64,000 bases of DNA, taken from the NCBI GenBank assembly GCA_035647615.1, contig DASRND010000008.1:45565-109564 (forward strand), read 5' to 3'. The DNA comes from Bacteroidales bacterium. Lineage in GTDB: Bacteria > Bacteroidota > Bacteroidia > Bacteroidales > 4484-276. A program made the position numbers and the translations under genes. A model generated the notes under the pieces. That model was given only the letters and a program-made list of their open reading frames with translations, made no database searches and was not told where the DNA came from. Each line of letters begins with the position of its first letter. Position 1 is the first letter of the stretch. This document shows positions 1 to 9,977 of this stretch, one piece after another.

Positions 1-921
1 AATCTGGGGTTTTGTGCGGCTTTTGATATAGAAAGTTCAATCACAGGCCAGGCTATCTACAAATTAGGAGGGATTGGCCCGGATCAATCCGCAGAGCAGG
101 TTTATTTCACCGAACTGGAAGGCTACTTCGATCACATCTTCTGCCTCAACGACGAGGTAGTGTTGGCAAGCTTTGAGATATCCGACAACAATCCGCCTTT
201 TCCACAATATACAGGCACATTGCTGCGAAGCGATGACCAGGGTAGCACATGGGCGCAGGTGTTGCAGCTCAGCGACAATAAAATGTTCCAAAAAATAGGC
301 TTAAGCTTGGATGGCACTTGCCTTTACGCCCATACATGGGATGAGGTGTTTTATTCGATGGACGAAGGCTTGACCTGGGAAACCCAACCGATATCACTTG
401 TCACCGTCGATTTACTTTCGCGACAGGAGGCCTATGGTGTAGTGATAACGTCGGGATTTGGAACGATGATCGACACATTGAATCTCGCCTTTACCGCCGA
501 TGCCTGGCAAAGCTGGACAGCACAACTAAAAATTCCTTTTGATCCATTTTATATCGACCGCTCCCTGCATCTGCAAATGCTTAGCGCAAATACCGGATTT
601 TATTCTTACTACAATCAATTGTTCAAAACCACCAACGGCGGCTGGGTAGGCATCGACGAGCAGCCGGCGGGTAATCTGGCAGAATTGGTAGTTACGCCCA
701 ACCCGGCAAAGGAAAGTTTTTGGGTTGGTCGACCGGGCACAGGGATAGAAGCTACAATCAAAGTTTTCGACAGCCGCGGAAGTGTGATATTCTCCAAAGC
801 GATTGATCACGACCGGCAGTCATTACAAATTGATGCTTCGACGTGGCGCCCGGGCATCTATTTTATCAGCCTTGAAGATGTGTCGGGAAAGCAGACAAAG
901 TCAAAATTAGTGATCCTATAA
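1..921 (+). CDS. Secreted BNR/Asp-box repeat (beta-propeller-like) protein with T9SS C-terminal sorting domain; 5-prime end lies outside the window
   Basis: Frame 1 is open from base 1 with no stop before the listed Met at 160. Asp-box-like motifs SDDQGSTW, MDEGLTW and TTNGGW are present. The C-terminus VVTPNPAKESFWV...GIYFISLEDVSGKQTKSKLVIL fits the Por/T9SS CTD pattern. Confidence 0.7.
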   Translation, partial: NLGFCAAFDIESSITGQAIYKLGGIGPDQSAEQVYFTELEGYFDHIFCLNDEVVLASFEISDNNPPFPQYTGTLLRSDDQGSTWAQVLQLSDNKMFQKIGLSLDGTCLYAHTWDEVFYSMDEGLTWETQPISLVTVDLLSRQEAYGVVITSGFGTMIDTLNLAFTADAWQSWTAQLKIPFDPFYIDRSLHLQMLSANTGFYSYYNQLFKTTNGGWVGIDEQPAGNLAELVVTPNPAKESFWVGRPGTGIEATIKVFDSRGSVIFSKAIDHDRQSLQIDASTWRPGIYFISLEDVSGKQTKSKLVIL

Positions 922-968
922 AAACCCGGACAAAAATCTCTGGATTACAATGCTATTACAAGCAGCAC

Positions 969-1010
969 AAAAAAAAAGAGCGAACCAAAGCCGGTTCGCT
1001 CTTTTTATTT
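969..1010. terminator. Bidirectional rho-independent terminator between convergent genes
   Basis: A perfect 10-bp stem, agagcgaacc (977-986) paired with ggttcgctct (993-1002), is flanked by an A-run upstream and a T-run downstream. It sits between the stop at 921 (+) and the clpB stop at 1030 (-). Confidence 0.8.
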
Positions 1011-1029
1011 TCTATTTATCAGCAGACTT

Positions 1030-3621
1030 TTATGCGTTTTCAAAAGTCAGCTCTCCTTGCTTTGCATCTATCCTAATGGTGTCGTCGCGGGTAACGCGGC
1101 CGGCCAGGATCATTTTGGAAAGCTCGTTCATCAGGTTGCGCTGGATGACACGCTTTACCGGACGAGCGCCATATTGCGGATCGAAACCAGCATGGCCTAT
1201 CCAATCCAAAGCGGCAGGCGTTAGTTCCAGATGAATTCCGTTTTTGTCGAGCTGTTTCTGCAACATGTGAATTTGCAAATCGACAATCTCGCGTATTTGT
1301 TTTTCCGAGAGCGGGCGGAACATGATGATCTCATCTATGCGGTTGAGAAACTCCGGGCGGATGGTGCGCTTTAACAACTCAAAAACCTCCCGGCGGGCGG
1401 CTTCAAACTTCTGTTCGTCGTCGCTGTCATTTTCTACGCCAAGCATTTCCTGTATTAGATGCGAGCCAATGTTGGAGGTCATAATGATGATGGTATTTTT
1501 AAAATCTACCAGCCTTCCTTTGTTATCGGTAAGCCTGCCATCGTCGAGCACTTGCAGCAGGATGTTGAAAACGTCGGGATGTGCTTTTTCGATTTCATCG
1601 AGCAGAATCACCGAATAAGGTTTGCGACGCACGGCTTCGGTAAGCTGGCCGCTCTCTTCGTAGCCCACATATCCTGGAGGGGCGCCGATGAGTCGCGAAA
1701 CGGTGTGGCGCTCCTGATACTCCGACATATCGATGCGGATCATAGAATTCTCATCATTAAACAGAAACTCGGCCAATGCTTTTGCCAACTCGGTTTTCCC
1801 GACGCCGGTGGTTCCCAAAAATATGAAAGAGCCTATCGGACGGCGGCTATCCTGCAACCCGGCGCGGCTGCGGCGTATGGCGTCGGCAACGGCAGTGATG
1901 CCTTCCTCCTGCCCCACCACGCGCTGGTGCAGCTTACTTTCGAGATGCAGCAGTTTTTCGCGTTCACTTTGCAACATCCGGCTCACCGGAATGCCTGTCC
2001 ACCGCGAGACGATATCGGCGATATCCTCGCTGTCAACCTCCTCTTTTATCATGGGACTGTCACCTTGCACGCTGCTAAGGCGGGCTTTCAGTTTTTCGAG
2101 TTCATCTTCGTTCGCTTTAATCTTGCCGTAACGAATCTCGGCCACTTTGCCGAAGTCGCCTTCCCGCTCGGCGCGGTCGGCTTGCTGGCGCAACTCTTCG
2201 ATGTCTTTCTTGCGGCTTTGAATGGCTTCCACCACCTCTTTCTCGCTCTGCCACCTGGCGCGTAAAGCGTTGCGCTGCTCGCTGAGGTTGGCAATGTCTT
2301 CCTGCAACTGATTGAGCTTTTCCTTATCTTTTTCGCGTTTGATGGCTTCGCGCTCAATCTCCAGATGACGGATGCGGCGCTCGATCTCATCGAGTTCTTC
2401 GGGCAGCGAGTTGATCTCGAGACGCAATTTGGCGGCAGCCTCATCAATGAGGTCGATGGCCTTGTCGGGAAGAAAGCGATCGGTAATATACCTTTGCGAT
2501 AGCTCCACAGCAGCAATGATGGCATCGTCTTTAATCCGCACGTGGTGGTGCGTTTCGTAGCGTTCTTTGAGTCCGCGCAAGATAGAGATGGCGTCGAGCG
2601 TGTCGGGTTCATTCACCATAACGATCTGGAAACGGCGTTCGAGGGCTTTGTCTTTTTCAAAATATTTCTGATACTCTTTAAGCGTGGTAGCCCCGATGGC
2701 GCGCAGCTCGCCACGTGCGAGTGCCGGCTTCAGAATGTTGGCGGCATCCATGGCACCTTCGCCACCGCCGGCACCCACTAAAGTATGTATCTCGTCGATA
2801 AAGAGCATGATTTCGCCAGCGGAATCCGACACCTCTTTGATGACGCTCTTGAGCCGCTCTTCAAATTCGCCTTTGTACTTGGCACCGGCAATCAAAGCGC
2901 CCATGTCGAGCGAAAAAATCTGTTTTGATTTCAGATTTTCAGGGACGTCGCCATTGATGATCCGGTGAGCGATGCCTTCGGCAATAGCCGTTTTTCCCAC
3001 ACCCGGTTCACCAATGATAATCGGGTTGTTTTTGGTGCGTCGCGAAAGAATCTGTAGGATACGCCGTATCTCCTCATCACGACCAATCACAGGATCGAGC
3101 TTGCCGCTGGCAGCCAACTCGTTCAGATTTAGTGCGTAACGATTCAATGCGTTGTAGGTGTCTTCGGCATTTTGTGTTTGCACAGTTTGCCCTTTGCGCA
3201 AAGTTTTGATAGCTTCCGGCAGATTCTTGCGATTTACACCATACTGATTGAGCAGATCAGCGGTTTTATCATTTACCGAAAGGATACCCAGCAATACATG
3301 TTCGATGCTTACAAACTCATCACCGAAATCTTTGAGGTACGACAGCGCCTTTTGCAAAGCGGTATTGGCATCGGCCGAAAGATAGACCTGCCCGCCGGTT
3401 TGCCGCGCATACGTCAGCAACAGCCGGTCGAGGTCGGCAGTCAATGCATTCATATCTACATCCATTTTCTTTAGCAGAAATGGAATCACATTTTCGTCAA
3501 TCAACAGAAGGCCTTTGAGCAGATGCGCAGTCTCGATTTGCGGATGCTGCGATGCCTGCGCAATCTCCTGTGCTTTCTGTACGACCTCCTGAGCTTTTAA
3601 AGTGAAATTATTAAGGTTCAT
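1030..3621 (-). CDS. clpB: ATP-dependent chaperone ClpB (Hsp100 disaggregase)
   Basis: 863 aa. It has the Clp N-domain, two AAA+ modules ([10 protein letters not shown] and [12 protein letters not shown] Walker A motifs), a long coiled-coil middle domain, and the ARPVKR motif near the C-terminus. Confidence 0.97.
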   Translation of the reverse strand: MNLNNFTLKAQEVVQKAQEIAQASQHPQIETAHLLKGLLLIDENVIPFLLKKMDVDMNALTADLDRLLLTYARQTGGQVYLSADANTALQKALSYLKDFGDEFVSIEHVLLGILSVNDKTADLLNQYGVNRKNLPEAIKTLRKGQTVQTQNAEDTYNALNRYALNLNELAASGKLDPVIGRDEEIRRILQILSRRTKNNPIIIGEPGVGKTAIAEGIAHRIINGDVPENLKSKQIFSLDMGALIAGAKYKGEFEERLKSVIKEVSDSAGEIMLFIDEIHTLVGAGGGEGAMDAANILKPALARGELRAIGATTLKEYQKYFEKDKALERRFQIVMVNEPDTLDAISILRGLKERYETHHHVRIKDDAIIAAVELSQRYITDRFLPDKAIDLIDEAAAKLRLEINSLPEELDEIERRIRHLEIEREAIKREKDKEKLNQLQEDIANLSEQRNALRARWQSEKEVVEAIQSRKKDIEELRQQADRAEREGDFGKVAEIRYGKIKANEDELEKLKARLSSVQGDSPMIKEEVDSEDIADIVSRWTGIPVSRMLQSEREKLLHLESKLHQRVVGQEEGITAVADAIRRSRAGLQDSRRPIGSFIFLGTTGVGKTELAKALAEFLFNDENSMIRIDMSEYQERHTVSRLIGAPPGYVGYEESGQLTEAVRRKPYSVILLDEIEKAHPDVFNILLQVLDDGRLTDNKGRLVDFKNTIIIMTSNIGSHLIQEMLGVENDSDDEQKFEAARREVFELLKRTIRPEFLNRIDEIIMFRPLSEKQIREIVDLQIHMLQKQLDKNGIHLELTPAALDWIGHAGFDPQYGARPVKRVIQRNLMNELSKMILAGRVTRDDTIRIDAKQGELTFENA

Positions 3622-3869
3622 AGGTTGTTAATTTTTTTGTTGAGAAAAGTAACAATCAAACATCCGGCCACCAGGCAAAATCGGGATTTTGATGCAAAGA
3701 TGTCAGCTAACCTATTGATTTCAAATGTCTTTTTGTCTATTTTATTAATTATTAAAATAGAAATAGCTCAAAATGAAGATCATTAAAAAAACATCGAACC
3801 TGAAATTTTTGCAGTCGTTTACAATATTTTGGGCAGGAAATCATTCTCTTGATTAAAAATTTTGCACCT

Positions 3870-4247
3870 ATGAGCATAGCAAACAAAAAAAAGACGCTGG
3901 TAATTGGCGCCAGTATGCGTCCCGAACGCTATTCGAATATAGCCGTCAACAAACTTAATGCTGCCGGGCACCCCGTGGTAGCCCTCGGACTGCGAGCTGG
4001 AATGATCGGCGAAACGGAGATTCTCACCGGCTTTCCGGATGTTGCGCACATCGACACTGTAACGATGTATGTGGGAATGGCCAATCAGCCACAGTACTAC
4101 GATTACATCCTGAAAACTATTTCGCCGAAGCGCATCATTTTCAATCCAGGTGCAGAAAATGAAACCTTTAAGGAGCTGGCCCTCCAGCAAGGCATCGAGG
4201 TGGAGGAAAGCTGCACGCTGGTGATGCTTTCCTTAGGTTTGTATTAG
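3870..4247 (+). CDS. CoA-binding domain protein (YccU-like)
   Basis: KKKTLVIGASMRPERYSNIAVNKLNAAGHPVVALG matches the CoA_binding_2 signature. I prefer the ATG at 3870 over the non-ATG start at 3849 used by the ORF track. Confidence 0.7.
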   Translation: MSIANKKKTLVIGASMRPERYSNIAVNKLNAAGHPVVALGLRAGMIGETEILTGFPDVAHIDTVTMYVGMANQPQYYDYILKTISPKRIIFNPGAENETFKELALQQGIEVEESCTLVMLSLGLY

Positions 4248-4309
4248 CATGGCGAATTTGCAGTTGCAGAATAAACCTTATTTTCGCGACTTAAAGTAGC
4301 ACAAGAAGC

Positions 4310-5605
4310 ATGGCATCACAAGGCATAAACAGAACTTTTTTGATCATCGGAATCATTCTATTGATGCTGCTGCATGTTTCCAATATTGCCGTGGCGCAGG
4401 AGCCACAGCTTGCCGATACAACCCGCGCATGCATGGCTGATAGCGTGCTACTCGATGCCGGCGGAGGGTTTATCAGTTATCTGTGGAACACCGACGAACA
4501 AACGCAAACGATCATTGCCAGGCAATCCGGAAAATTCAGCGTGCTCTGCACCCGCCCTGACATGACGGTGGTGGAAGATTCCACTTTCGTGATCATGCAA
4601 AATGCCTACATCGACATGGTGGATACCATTCTCACCTGTTACACTGAGCCGGTAACGCTCTGTGTGGTTCCCGACACGCTCATGTATAAATGGACATCGA
4701 ATGACCCGGAGCTTTTTATCCCTTTCAGCACACTCGCTTGCGTGGACGTGATTCCCGAAAACGACACCACCACCATTTACGTACAAATCAGCGACAGCGC
4801 CAACACCATCGTTTGCACCGACAGCGTGCAAATCTGGCTCTATCCGCGCATGCGCTTTGTCGAAGTGAATCAGATCAATAAAGGATGCCCAGGCACCTGC
4901 AAAGGGCAGTTGCAGGTAATTGTGGCGGGCGGACTGCCTCCCTACAGCTATCTTTGGCCTAACGCCAGACCAGTTCAGCGTGACTCTATCGCTTTCAGCC
5001 TTTGCGAATCTGAATACACCATCGAAGTTACCGACCAATATCTCTGCATGCGCGATACAGCCATCAAAGTGGAAGTGTATGATATGCCTGAAGTGGAAAT
5101 TGTGCGCGATCCCGACGATGAAATCTATATCGAAAATCCGGTGGTGAACTTTTCTTTTGACAATAAATCCATCGACAGTATTCAGGTTATCGACTGGAGC
5201 TGGAACTTCGGCGACAGCACCTACACCAAAGAGGAAAATCCCCGCAAGGTTTTCAATCAGGTGCGCGATTACGATATCTGGCTGAAATACACCACGCAAA
5301 ACGAATGCATCGACTCGGTGTCGATGACCGTCAACATTCTGGAAACAAAGCTGGATATCCCGGAAGTAATCACACCCAATGGCGATCCTTTCAATCAGTT
5401 TTTTGTAATCGAAAATTTAGAACATTACATTTCTACTGATTTGAAAATTTTCAATCGGTTGGGTAAGAAAGTTTATTCATCCTCCAACTACCAGAGCGAC
5501 TGGGATGCACCCAATCTGACTGAGGGTGTGTACTTTTATGTGCTCGAAGCCAAAGGATATTTCCGTACCGAAACCTTCAACGGAACCATCACCGTGCTGA
5601 GATAG
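4310..5605 (+). CDS. Secreted protein with PKD-like domain and gliding-motility/T9SS type-B C-terminal sorting domain
   Basis: It has an N-terminal signal peptide and a PKD-like WNFGDSTYTKEENPRKVF...SMTV segment. The C-terminus ITPNGDPFNQFFVIENL...LKIFNRLGKKVYSS...WDAPNLTEGVYFYVLEA matches the CHU_C/type-B CTD pattern. Confidence 0.8.
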   Translation: MASQGINRTFLIIGIILLMLLHVSNIAVAQEPQLADTTRACMADSVLLDAGGGFISYLWNTDEQTQTIIARQSGKFSVLCTRPDMTVVEDSTFVIMQNAYIDMVDTILTCYTEPVTLCVVPDTLMYKWTSNDPELFIPFSTLACVDVIPENDTTTIYVQISDSANTIVCTDSVQIWLYPRMRFVEVNQINKGCPGTCKGQLQVIVAGGLPPYSYLWPNARPVQRDSIAFSLCESEYTIEVTDQYLCMRDTAIKVEVYDMPEVEIVRDPDDEIYIENPVVNFSFDNKSIDSIQVIDWSWNFGDSTYTKEENPRKVFNQVRDYDIWLKYTTQNECIDSVSMTVNILETKLDIPEVITPNGDPFNQFFVIENLEHYISTDLKIFNRLGKKVYSSSNYQSDWDAPNLTEGVYFYVLEAKGYFRTETFNGTITVLR

Positions 5606-5609
5606 AGGA

Positions 5610-5735
5610 TTGAAATTCCAAAAGTCAAAAGTCAAATAAATCTCAATATTCAAATTCCAATGATTCAAACCGCCCGGAGTTTGTGATTTTTAGAATTGTT
5701 ATTTGGAATTTGGATATTGGAATTTGGAACTTGCA
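5610..5735. repeat. Imperfect inverted array of GGAATTTGGAA-type words (family W1)
   Basis: The left arm contains aaattccaa and caaattccaa. The right arm contains tttggaatttggatattggaatttggaac. The centre is near 5674. The listed ORF start at 5696 translates these words (LFGIWILEFG), so that N-terminal extension is not credible. Confidence 0.7.
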
Positions 5736-5749
5736 CTAAACCCTTTCTT

Positions 5750-6736
5750 ATGATTAGTAAAAAAGCAGCTCGCCTTTGGCAACAAAAGAAAATTCATCAA
5801 TTATTTCTTTTAGTCGTAATTTTCATGTTTTTGTCTGGTTGTCAAAATGGAGCAAACCGGCAGCAAATCGTGATTTTTCATGCCGGGAGCCTTAGCGTTC
5901 CTGTTAAACAAATTACCGAAGCTTACCAGCAGGAACATCCGGATGTGAAGTTTCTCACAGAAGCTGCCGGAAGTGTGGCGAGCATTCGTAAGATAACGGA
6001 TTTACACCGCGACTGCGACATCCTGCTTTCAGCCGATTATGCAATCATCGACAAGCTGATGATTCCTGATTACAGCAGCTGGAACATTCGCTTCGCTGCC
6101 AACGAAATGGCAATAGTTTACGCCAGCGATGCTGCCGACACCATCAGCGCCACCAACTGGCCACGAGTGCTGGCCAACGACAAGGTGCGCTATGGACGCT
6201 CCGATCCCGACTCCGACCCGTGCGGTTATCGAACTGTGCTTGTATTGGATTTGGCTGAACGCGCGCTTGATGTGCCAGGCTTACGGCAAAACCTCCTCAA
6301 CAAAGACCAGCGTTACATACGGCCCAAAGAAACCGATCTGATTGCATTACTCGAAACCCACACGGTAGATTATATTTTTATTTATCGCTCGGTGGCGGTG
6401 CAGCACAATCTTGGTTATTTGCTGCTGCCCGATTCGATAAATCTTAAAAAACCCACGCTGGCTGACTGGTATAAAACTGCGAGCGTTGATATTATCGGCT
6501 CGGAGCCGGGAACAAAAATCACCCAACATGGCGAGCCTATGATTTATGGCTTGACCATCCCCGAAAATGCACCCAGTCGGGAACTCGCTATTGATTTTCT
6601 CGACTTTTTCCTGGATGCTGCCAAAGGCATGCGCCTCATGGAAGAGGCCGGTCAGCCCTCCGTAGTTCCTTCGCCGGCATCGGGTTATGAGCTAATTCCG
6701 GAAGTTTTAAAGAAATATGTGCTGCCGCCTGCATGA
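5750..6736 (+). CDS. wtpA: Tungstate/molybdate ABC transporter substrate-binding protein (WtpA-like)
   Basis: IVIFHAGSLSVPVKQITEAYQQEHPDVKFLTEAAGSVASIRKITDLHRDCDILLSADY closely follows the WtpA N-terminal signature (FHAGSL...GS...R.I....D...SADY). A signal/lipobox LSGC is present, and a permease and ATPase lie downstream. Confidence 0.8.
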   Translation: MISKKAARLWQQKKIHQLFLLVVIFMFLSGCQNGANRQQIVIFHAGSLSVPVKQITEAYQQEHPDVKFLTEAAGSVASIRKITDLHRDCDILLSADYAIIDKLMIPDYSSWNIRFAANEMAIVYASDAADTISATNWPRVLANDKVRYGRSDPDSDPCGYRTVLVLDLAERALDVPGLRQNLLNKDQRYIRPKETDLIALLETHTVDYIFIYRSVAVQHNLGYLLLPDSINLKKPTLADWYKTASVDIIGSEPGTKITQHGEPMIYGLTIPENAPSRELAIDFLDFFLDAAKGMRLMEEAGQPSVVPSPASGYELIPEVLKKYVLPPA

Positions 6737-6776
6737 TCAACCCACCTAAATATTCTGAATACTTTCAAGTTTAAAA

Positions 6777-6827
6777 ACAGGCAGAGCCTGTAAAAATAAA
6801 ACAGACCAGGCAGAGCCTCATCCAAAC
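6777..6827 (-). repeat. 51-nt double-hairpin interspersed repeat (family R1), reverse orientation
   Basis: acaggcagagcctgtaaaaataaaacagaccaggcagagcctcatccaaac is approximately the reverse complement of 38016-38067 and 60763-60813. It contains the hairpin ACAGGC-N3-GCCTGT and a second, GAGGC-N3-GCCTC-like hairpin. Confidence 0.8.
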
Positions 6828-6969
6828 CTTTTGGATGCCATCTTCTTTGCCAGTGTATATTCTTTAATGTCTTTCATCCAACATCACTGCCACAAAAATT
6901 ACTTTCTTTGCCAACTGATATGCACCGCTGTGCTAATCGAATTTATTTACATCTAAATCATAAAAAAGT

Positions 6970-8031
6970 ATGAAGAAAATCCTATTACTGATTGCAGCCG
7001 TGGCTCTTTTTGGCTGCCAGAATCAAAACACACAACAACAGTCTGCAGCCAATGCCCCGCAGCATCAGCGCGACACCACCGACGCAACCAACAATTTTTA
7101 CGACAACGAAGATTTGCATTCGCTGCAAACCAACACAGTAGAAATTACCGGCGAGATCGCTAATCCCGGAACCATCGACTTTTCGATGTTGCCAAAGCGC
7201 ACTATTATTGTAAAAGAAACGCTTCCTTCCGATACAGGCAACTGTTTTGTAGGCGCTTACCGCTACGATGGCTATTCACTTTTTGATATCATCAATGCGC
7301 ATTATCCGCAAAAAGCCAATCAGGAAGCCTTCCCTCCCATCATCGATCTTTACGTGGTGGTTTCCAACGATCGCGGCGAAAGTGCAGTTTTTAGCTGGGG
7401 CGAAATTTATTACCCCACACATCTGCACGACATCATGTTGGCTACCGACGTGATGCGCATCGTACCCTCCAAGACCCACGACCTGTGGCCACTGCCCGAA
7501 AAAGCCAAAATGGTTGCCGGAGCCGATCTGCTCACCTCGCGCAACATCGAAAGCCCTTCCAAAATAACGGTACACTCTGCCACCCGCGAATTTGAAGTCG
7601 AACAAGGTATGTCGCCGATGTATTCCGAACAATTCGACGTGTATGTTGATGGTGCCAAGACCAAAACCATCAAGACCCTGCCTTCCGACGTTGATCTGGT
7701 CAACTTCGAAGCTATTTTTTATGGTCGGGGTCGCGGCATCCACAGCACCACGCCATTTACCGGCGCTCCGCTGAAAAGCGTACTTGCTGATCAATGGCCT
7801 ATCAACGCCAAAAATATACAGCAGGCCTACATCATTGTTGCTGCACGCGATGGCTTCCGTGGCGTCTATACCTTTTCAGAAGTTTTCAACCGCAACGATC
7901 AATCGGAGGTGCTGCTCATCCATGCTCCCAAAAAACTCGATGGCGGGGCATTCAGGCTCTTTCCGGCCGGCGACTTCTTTTCTGACCGCGCCATCAAATC
8001 GATCATCAGTATCTGGTTCGAACATTTGTAA
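6970..8031 (+). CDS. Uncharacterised lipoprotein with internal two-domain duplication, encoded inside the wtp operon
   Basis: The N-terminus MKKILLLIAAVALFGCQ is a lipoprotein signal. It is co-directional with wtpA upstream and lies 15 nt before the permease gene. The two halves share a Y/F-x-G...L...D(G/R)...FS.xE...LL...(S)(D/R)(R/N)..(K/S)..I pattern. Confidence 0.75.
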   Translation: MKKILLLIAAVALFGCQNQNTQQQSAANAPQHQRDTTDATNNFYDNEDLHSLQTNTVEITGEIANPGTIDFSMLPKRTIIVKETLPSDTGNCFVGAYRYDGYSLFDIINAHYPQKANQEAFPPIIDLYVVVSNDRGESAVFSWGEIYYPTHLHDIMLATDVMRIVPSKTHDLWPLPEKAKMVAGADLLTSRNIESPSKITVHSATREFEVEQGMSPMYSEQFDVYVDGAKTKTIKTLPSDVDLVNFEAIFYGRGRGIHSTTPFTGAPLKSVLADQWPINAKNIQQAYIIVAARDGFRGVYTFSEVFNRNDQSEVLLIHAPKKLDGGAFRLFPAGDFFSDRAIKSIISIWFEHL

Positions 8032-8046
8032 GACAACATTTTTATT

Positions 8047-8850
8047 ATGATAAAAAAGAGGCGCCAACTCGAAGGCTTTGAGCTGTGGCTCATACTGCTG
8101 GGAGGTTTGGTGCTTCTTTTTATTCTGGCGCCGCTGGTGAACATGCTCATCCATTCGTCGCCTGATTCGCTCTCCAAAGCGCTTCACGACCGGGAAGTTA
8201 CCGACAGCATCTGGCTCACCCTTGCCACTTCTATGGCAGCCACTGTTGTGATGGCGTTTGGCGCTGTCCCGCTGGCCTATGTGCTGGCCCGGCGCAATTT
8301 CAAACTAAAAAGGCTGGTACAGGGACTGATCGATCTGCCCGTAGTTATCCCACACTCAGCTGCCGGTATTGCCATACTTGGGATTATTTCGCGCCAGTCA
8401 CTGCCCGGAAAAGCTGCCGGAGCGCTGGGTTTCGATCTGGTGGGACATCCGGCAGGCATCATGGTGGCCATGGCTTTTGTAAGCCTGCCATTTCTTATCA
8501 ACGCTGCCCGCGATGGCTTTGCCGAGGTGCCGGAGCGGCTGGAACATGCTGCTCAAAATCTGGGGGCAAAACCCCGACAGGTATTTTTCAGGATTACCCT
8601 TCCACTGGCGTGGCGAAGCATCCTTTCAGGGCTTATCATGATGTTTGCCCGCGGCATGAGCGAGTTTGGCGCGGTGGTCATCATCGCCTACCATCCCATG
8701 ATAACGCCAGTACTCATTTATGAACGCTTTGGCGCTTTTGGGCTTAACTATGCCCGACCGGTAGCCGTGATTTTTGTAGGAATATGCCTGCTGTTTTTCG
8801 TGCTACTGCGCATGCTGGTAAAAGAGAGGAGTCGCTTTGTTAGAAGTTAA
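8047..8850 (+). CDS. wtpB: ABC transporter permease (WtpB/TupB-like)
   Basis: 267 aa and multi-TM, with an EAA-like loop (AAQNLGAKPRQVFFRITLPLA). It overlaps the downstream ATPase gene. Confidence 0.85.
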   Translation: MIKKRRQLEGFELWLILLGGLVLLFILAPLVNMLIHSSPDSLSKALHDREVTDSIWLTLATSMAATVVMAFGAVPLAYVLARRNFKLKRLVQGLIDLPVVIPHSAAGIAILGIISRQSLPGKAAGALGFDLVGHPAGIMVAMAFVSLPFLINAARDGFAEVPERLEHAAQNLGAKPRQVFFRITLPLAWRSILSGLIMMFARGMSEFGAVVIIAYHPMITPVLIYERFGAFGLNYARPVAVIFVGICLLFFVLLRMLVKERSRFVRS

Positions 8851-9895
8851 AAATCTCTCTGTGCAGCTTGGCGATTTCGCTTTGCGCGATATTAATATCA
8901 AAATTAATAAAGGTGAATATTTCGTCCTGGCTGGTCCGTCGGGATCGGGGAAGTCGATATTGCTCGAATCCATTACCGGAATCTATCGCAGCCGATGCAA
9001 CGGTACGGTAAAACTCGATGGTACCGACATCAGTCACAAGCCTCTGCGTCAGCGTAGAATTGGATTGGTGTTTCAGGACAATACGCTCTTTCCTCATCTT
9101 TCGGTGCGCCGTAATATTGAGTTTGCGCTGCGGCTAAATATCAATAATGAACGGCAAATAAAAAGTAAACTCAGCGAATTGAGCAGTCGCTTTCTGCTCG
9201 ATGATCTGCTGCATCGTTCTGTAACAACCCTCTCAGGTGGCGAAACTCAGCGCGTTCTGTTGGCACGCACGCTGGCTTCCGATCCTAAGATCATTCTGCT
9301 CGACGAGCCGCTCACAGGAATAGATAGTCTGCAAAAAGATCTGCTGAAACGACACCTTCGGGCGTTGCACCGCAGCGGACTCACCATTATGCACGTCACC
9401 CACGACTTTGAAGAGGCCTACTCGCTGGCTGACCGCATGGCTGTGATGCACGAGGGGCGGCTGCTGCACACCGCCACACCCGAAGCAATGCTTTCACGCC
9501 CGGCAGACAAGTTCATCGCCCGGTTTTGCGGACATAAAAATTTCTTTAAGGCACAGGTTTTTAATGGGAAAAGTTTACGGATAGAAGATAAAATTGAGCT
9601 ACAGCTAAAAAATGATTTAATACGCCAATCGTTGGTTTCGATACTCATCGATGCACGGAAAATCCTCTATTCCAATGTAAAACCTACACTTGACAGCGAC
9701 AATATTTTTGAGGGAAAAATTCTGGATGTGTTCCGCTCGCCGCTTGGCAAGGAGCTCCTGATAGACATTGGCATTCAAATCTCAGTAATTATCGATGAAA
9801 CCCTTTCAGATCCATCATCACAGCAAATCGACAAAACAGTATGGGTAGGAATACCGCAGGAGGCTGTGAGAGTGATTGATGCGGAGTATCATTAA
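8837..9895 (+). CDS. wtpC: ABC transporter ATP-binding protein (WtpC/ModC-like) with C-terminal TOBE-like extension
   Basis: Walker A GPSGSGKS, signature LSGGETQR and Walker B ILLDEP are present. The TTG start overlaps the permease stop by 14 nt. Confidence 0.85.
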   Translation: MLEVKNLSVQLGDFALRDINIKINKGEYFVLAGPSGSGKSILLESITGIYRSRCNGTVKLDGTDISHKPLRQRRIGLVFQDNTLFPHLSVRRNIEFALRLNINNERQIKSKLSELSSRFLLDDLLHRSVTTLSGGETQRVLLARTLASDPKIILLDEPLTGIDSLQKDLLKRHLRALHRSGLTIMHVTHDFEEAYSLADRMAVMHEGRLLHTATPEAMLSRPADKFIARFCGHKNFFKAQVFNGKSLRIEDKIELQLKNDLIRQSLVSILIDARKILYSNVKPTLDSDNIFEGKILDVFRSPLGKELLIDIGIQISVIIDETLSDPSSQQIDKTVWVGIPQEAVRVIDAEYH

Positions 9896-9977
9896 AACTA
9901 ATTCCAAAATTGGATAGCCAACTCATCCTCCAAAATCATTTTTATTAAAGATATTTTAAGAATGCAGCGTGAAGTTA

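Noticed and set aside
1459-2265. Long antisense ORFs inside clpB, and similar ones inside other large genes (for example 4448-5299, 21480-22169, 38675-39253, 56125-56793, 61985-62794)
   Set aside because: Each lies entirely within and antisense to a gene with unambiguous family motifs. Their compositions are skewed (Ser/Arg/His/Phe-rich) with no recognisable domains.
3689-3696. CATCTTTG as a -7 box for clpB
   Set aside because: It deviates from TAnnTTTG at the first position and lies about 70 nt from the ATG. clpB may use a stress sigma factor, so I left it uncalled.
5696-5749. N-terminal extension of the WtpA-like gene (MLFGIWILEFGTCTKPFL)
   Set aside because: It is a translation of the W1 word repeat. 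The ATG at 5750 is followed by a proper signal peptide and lipobox.
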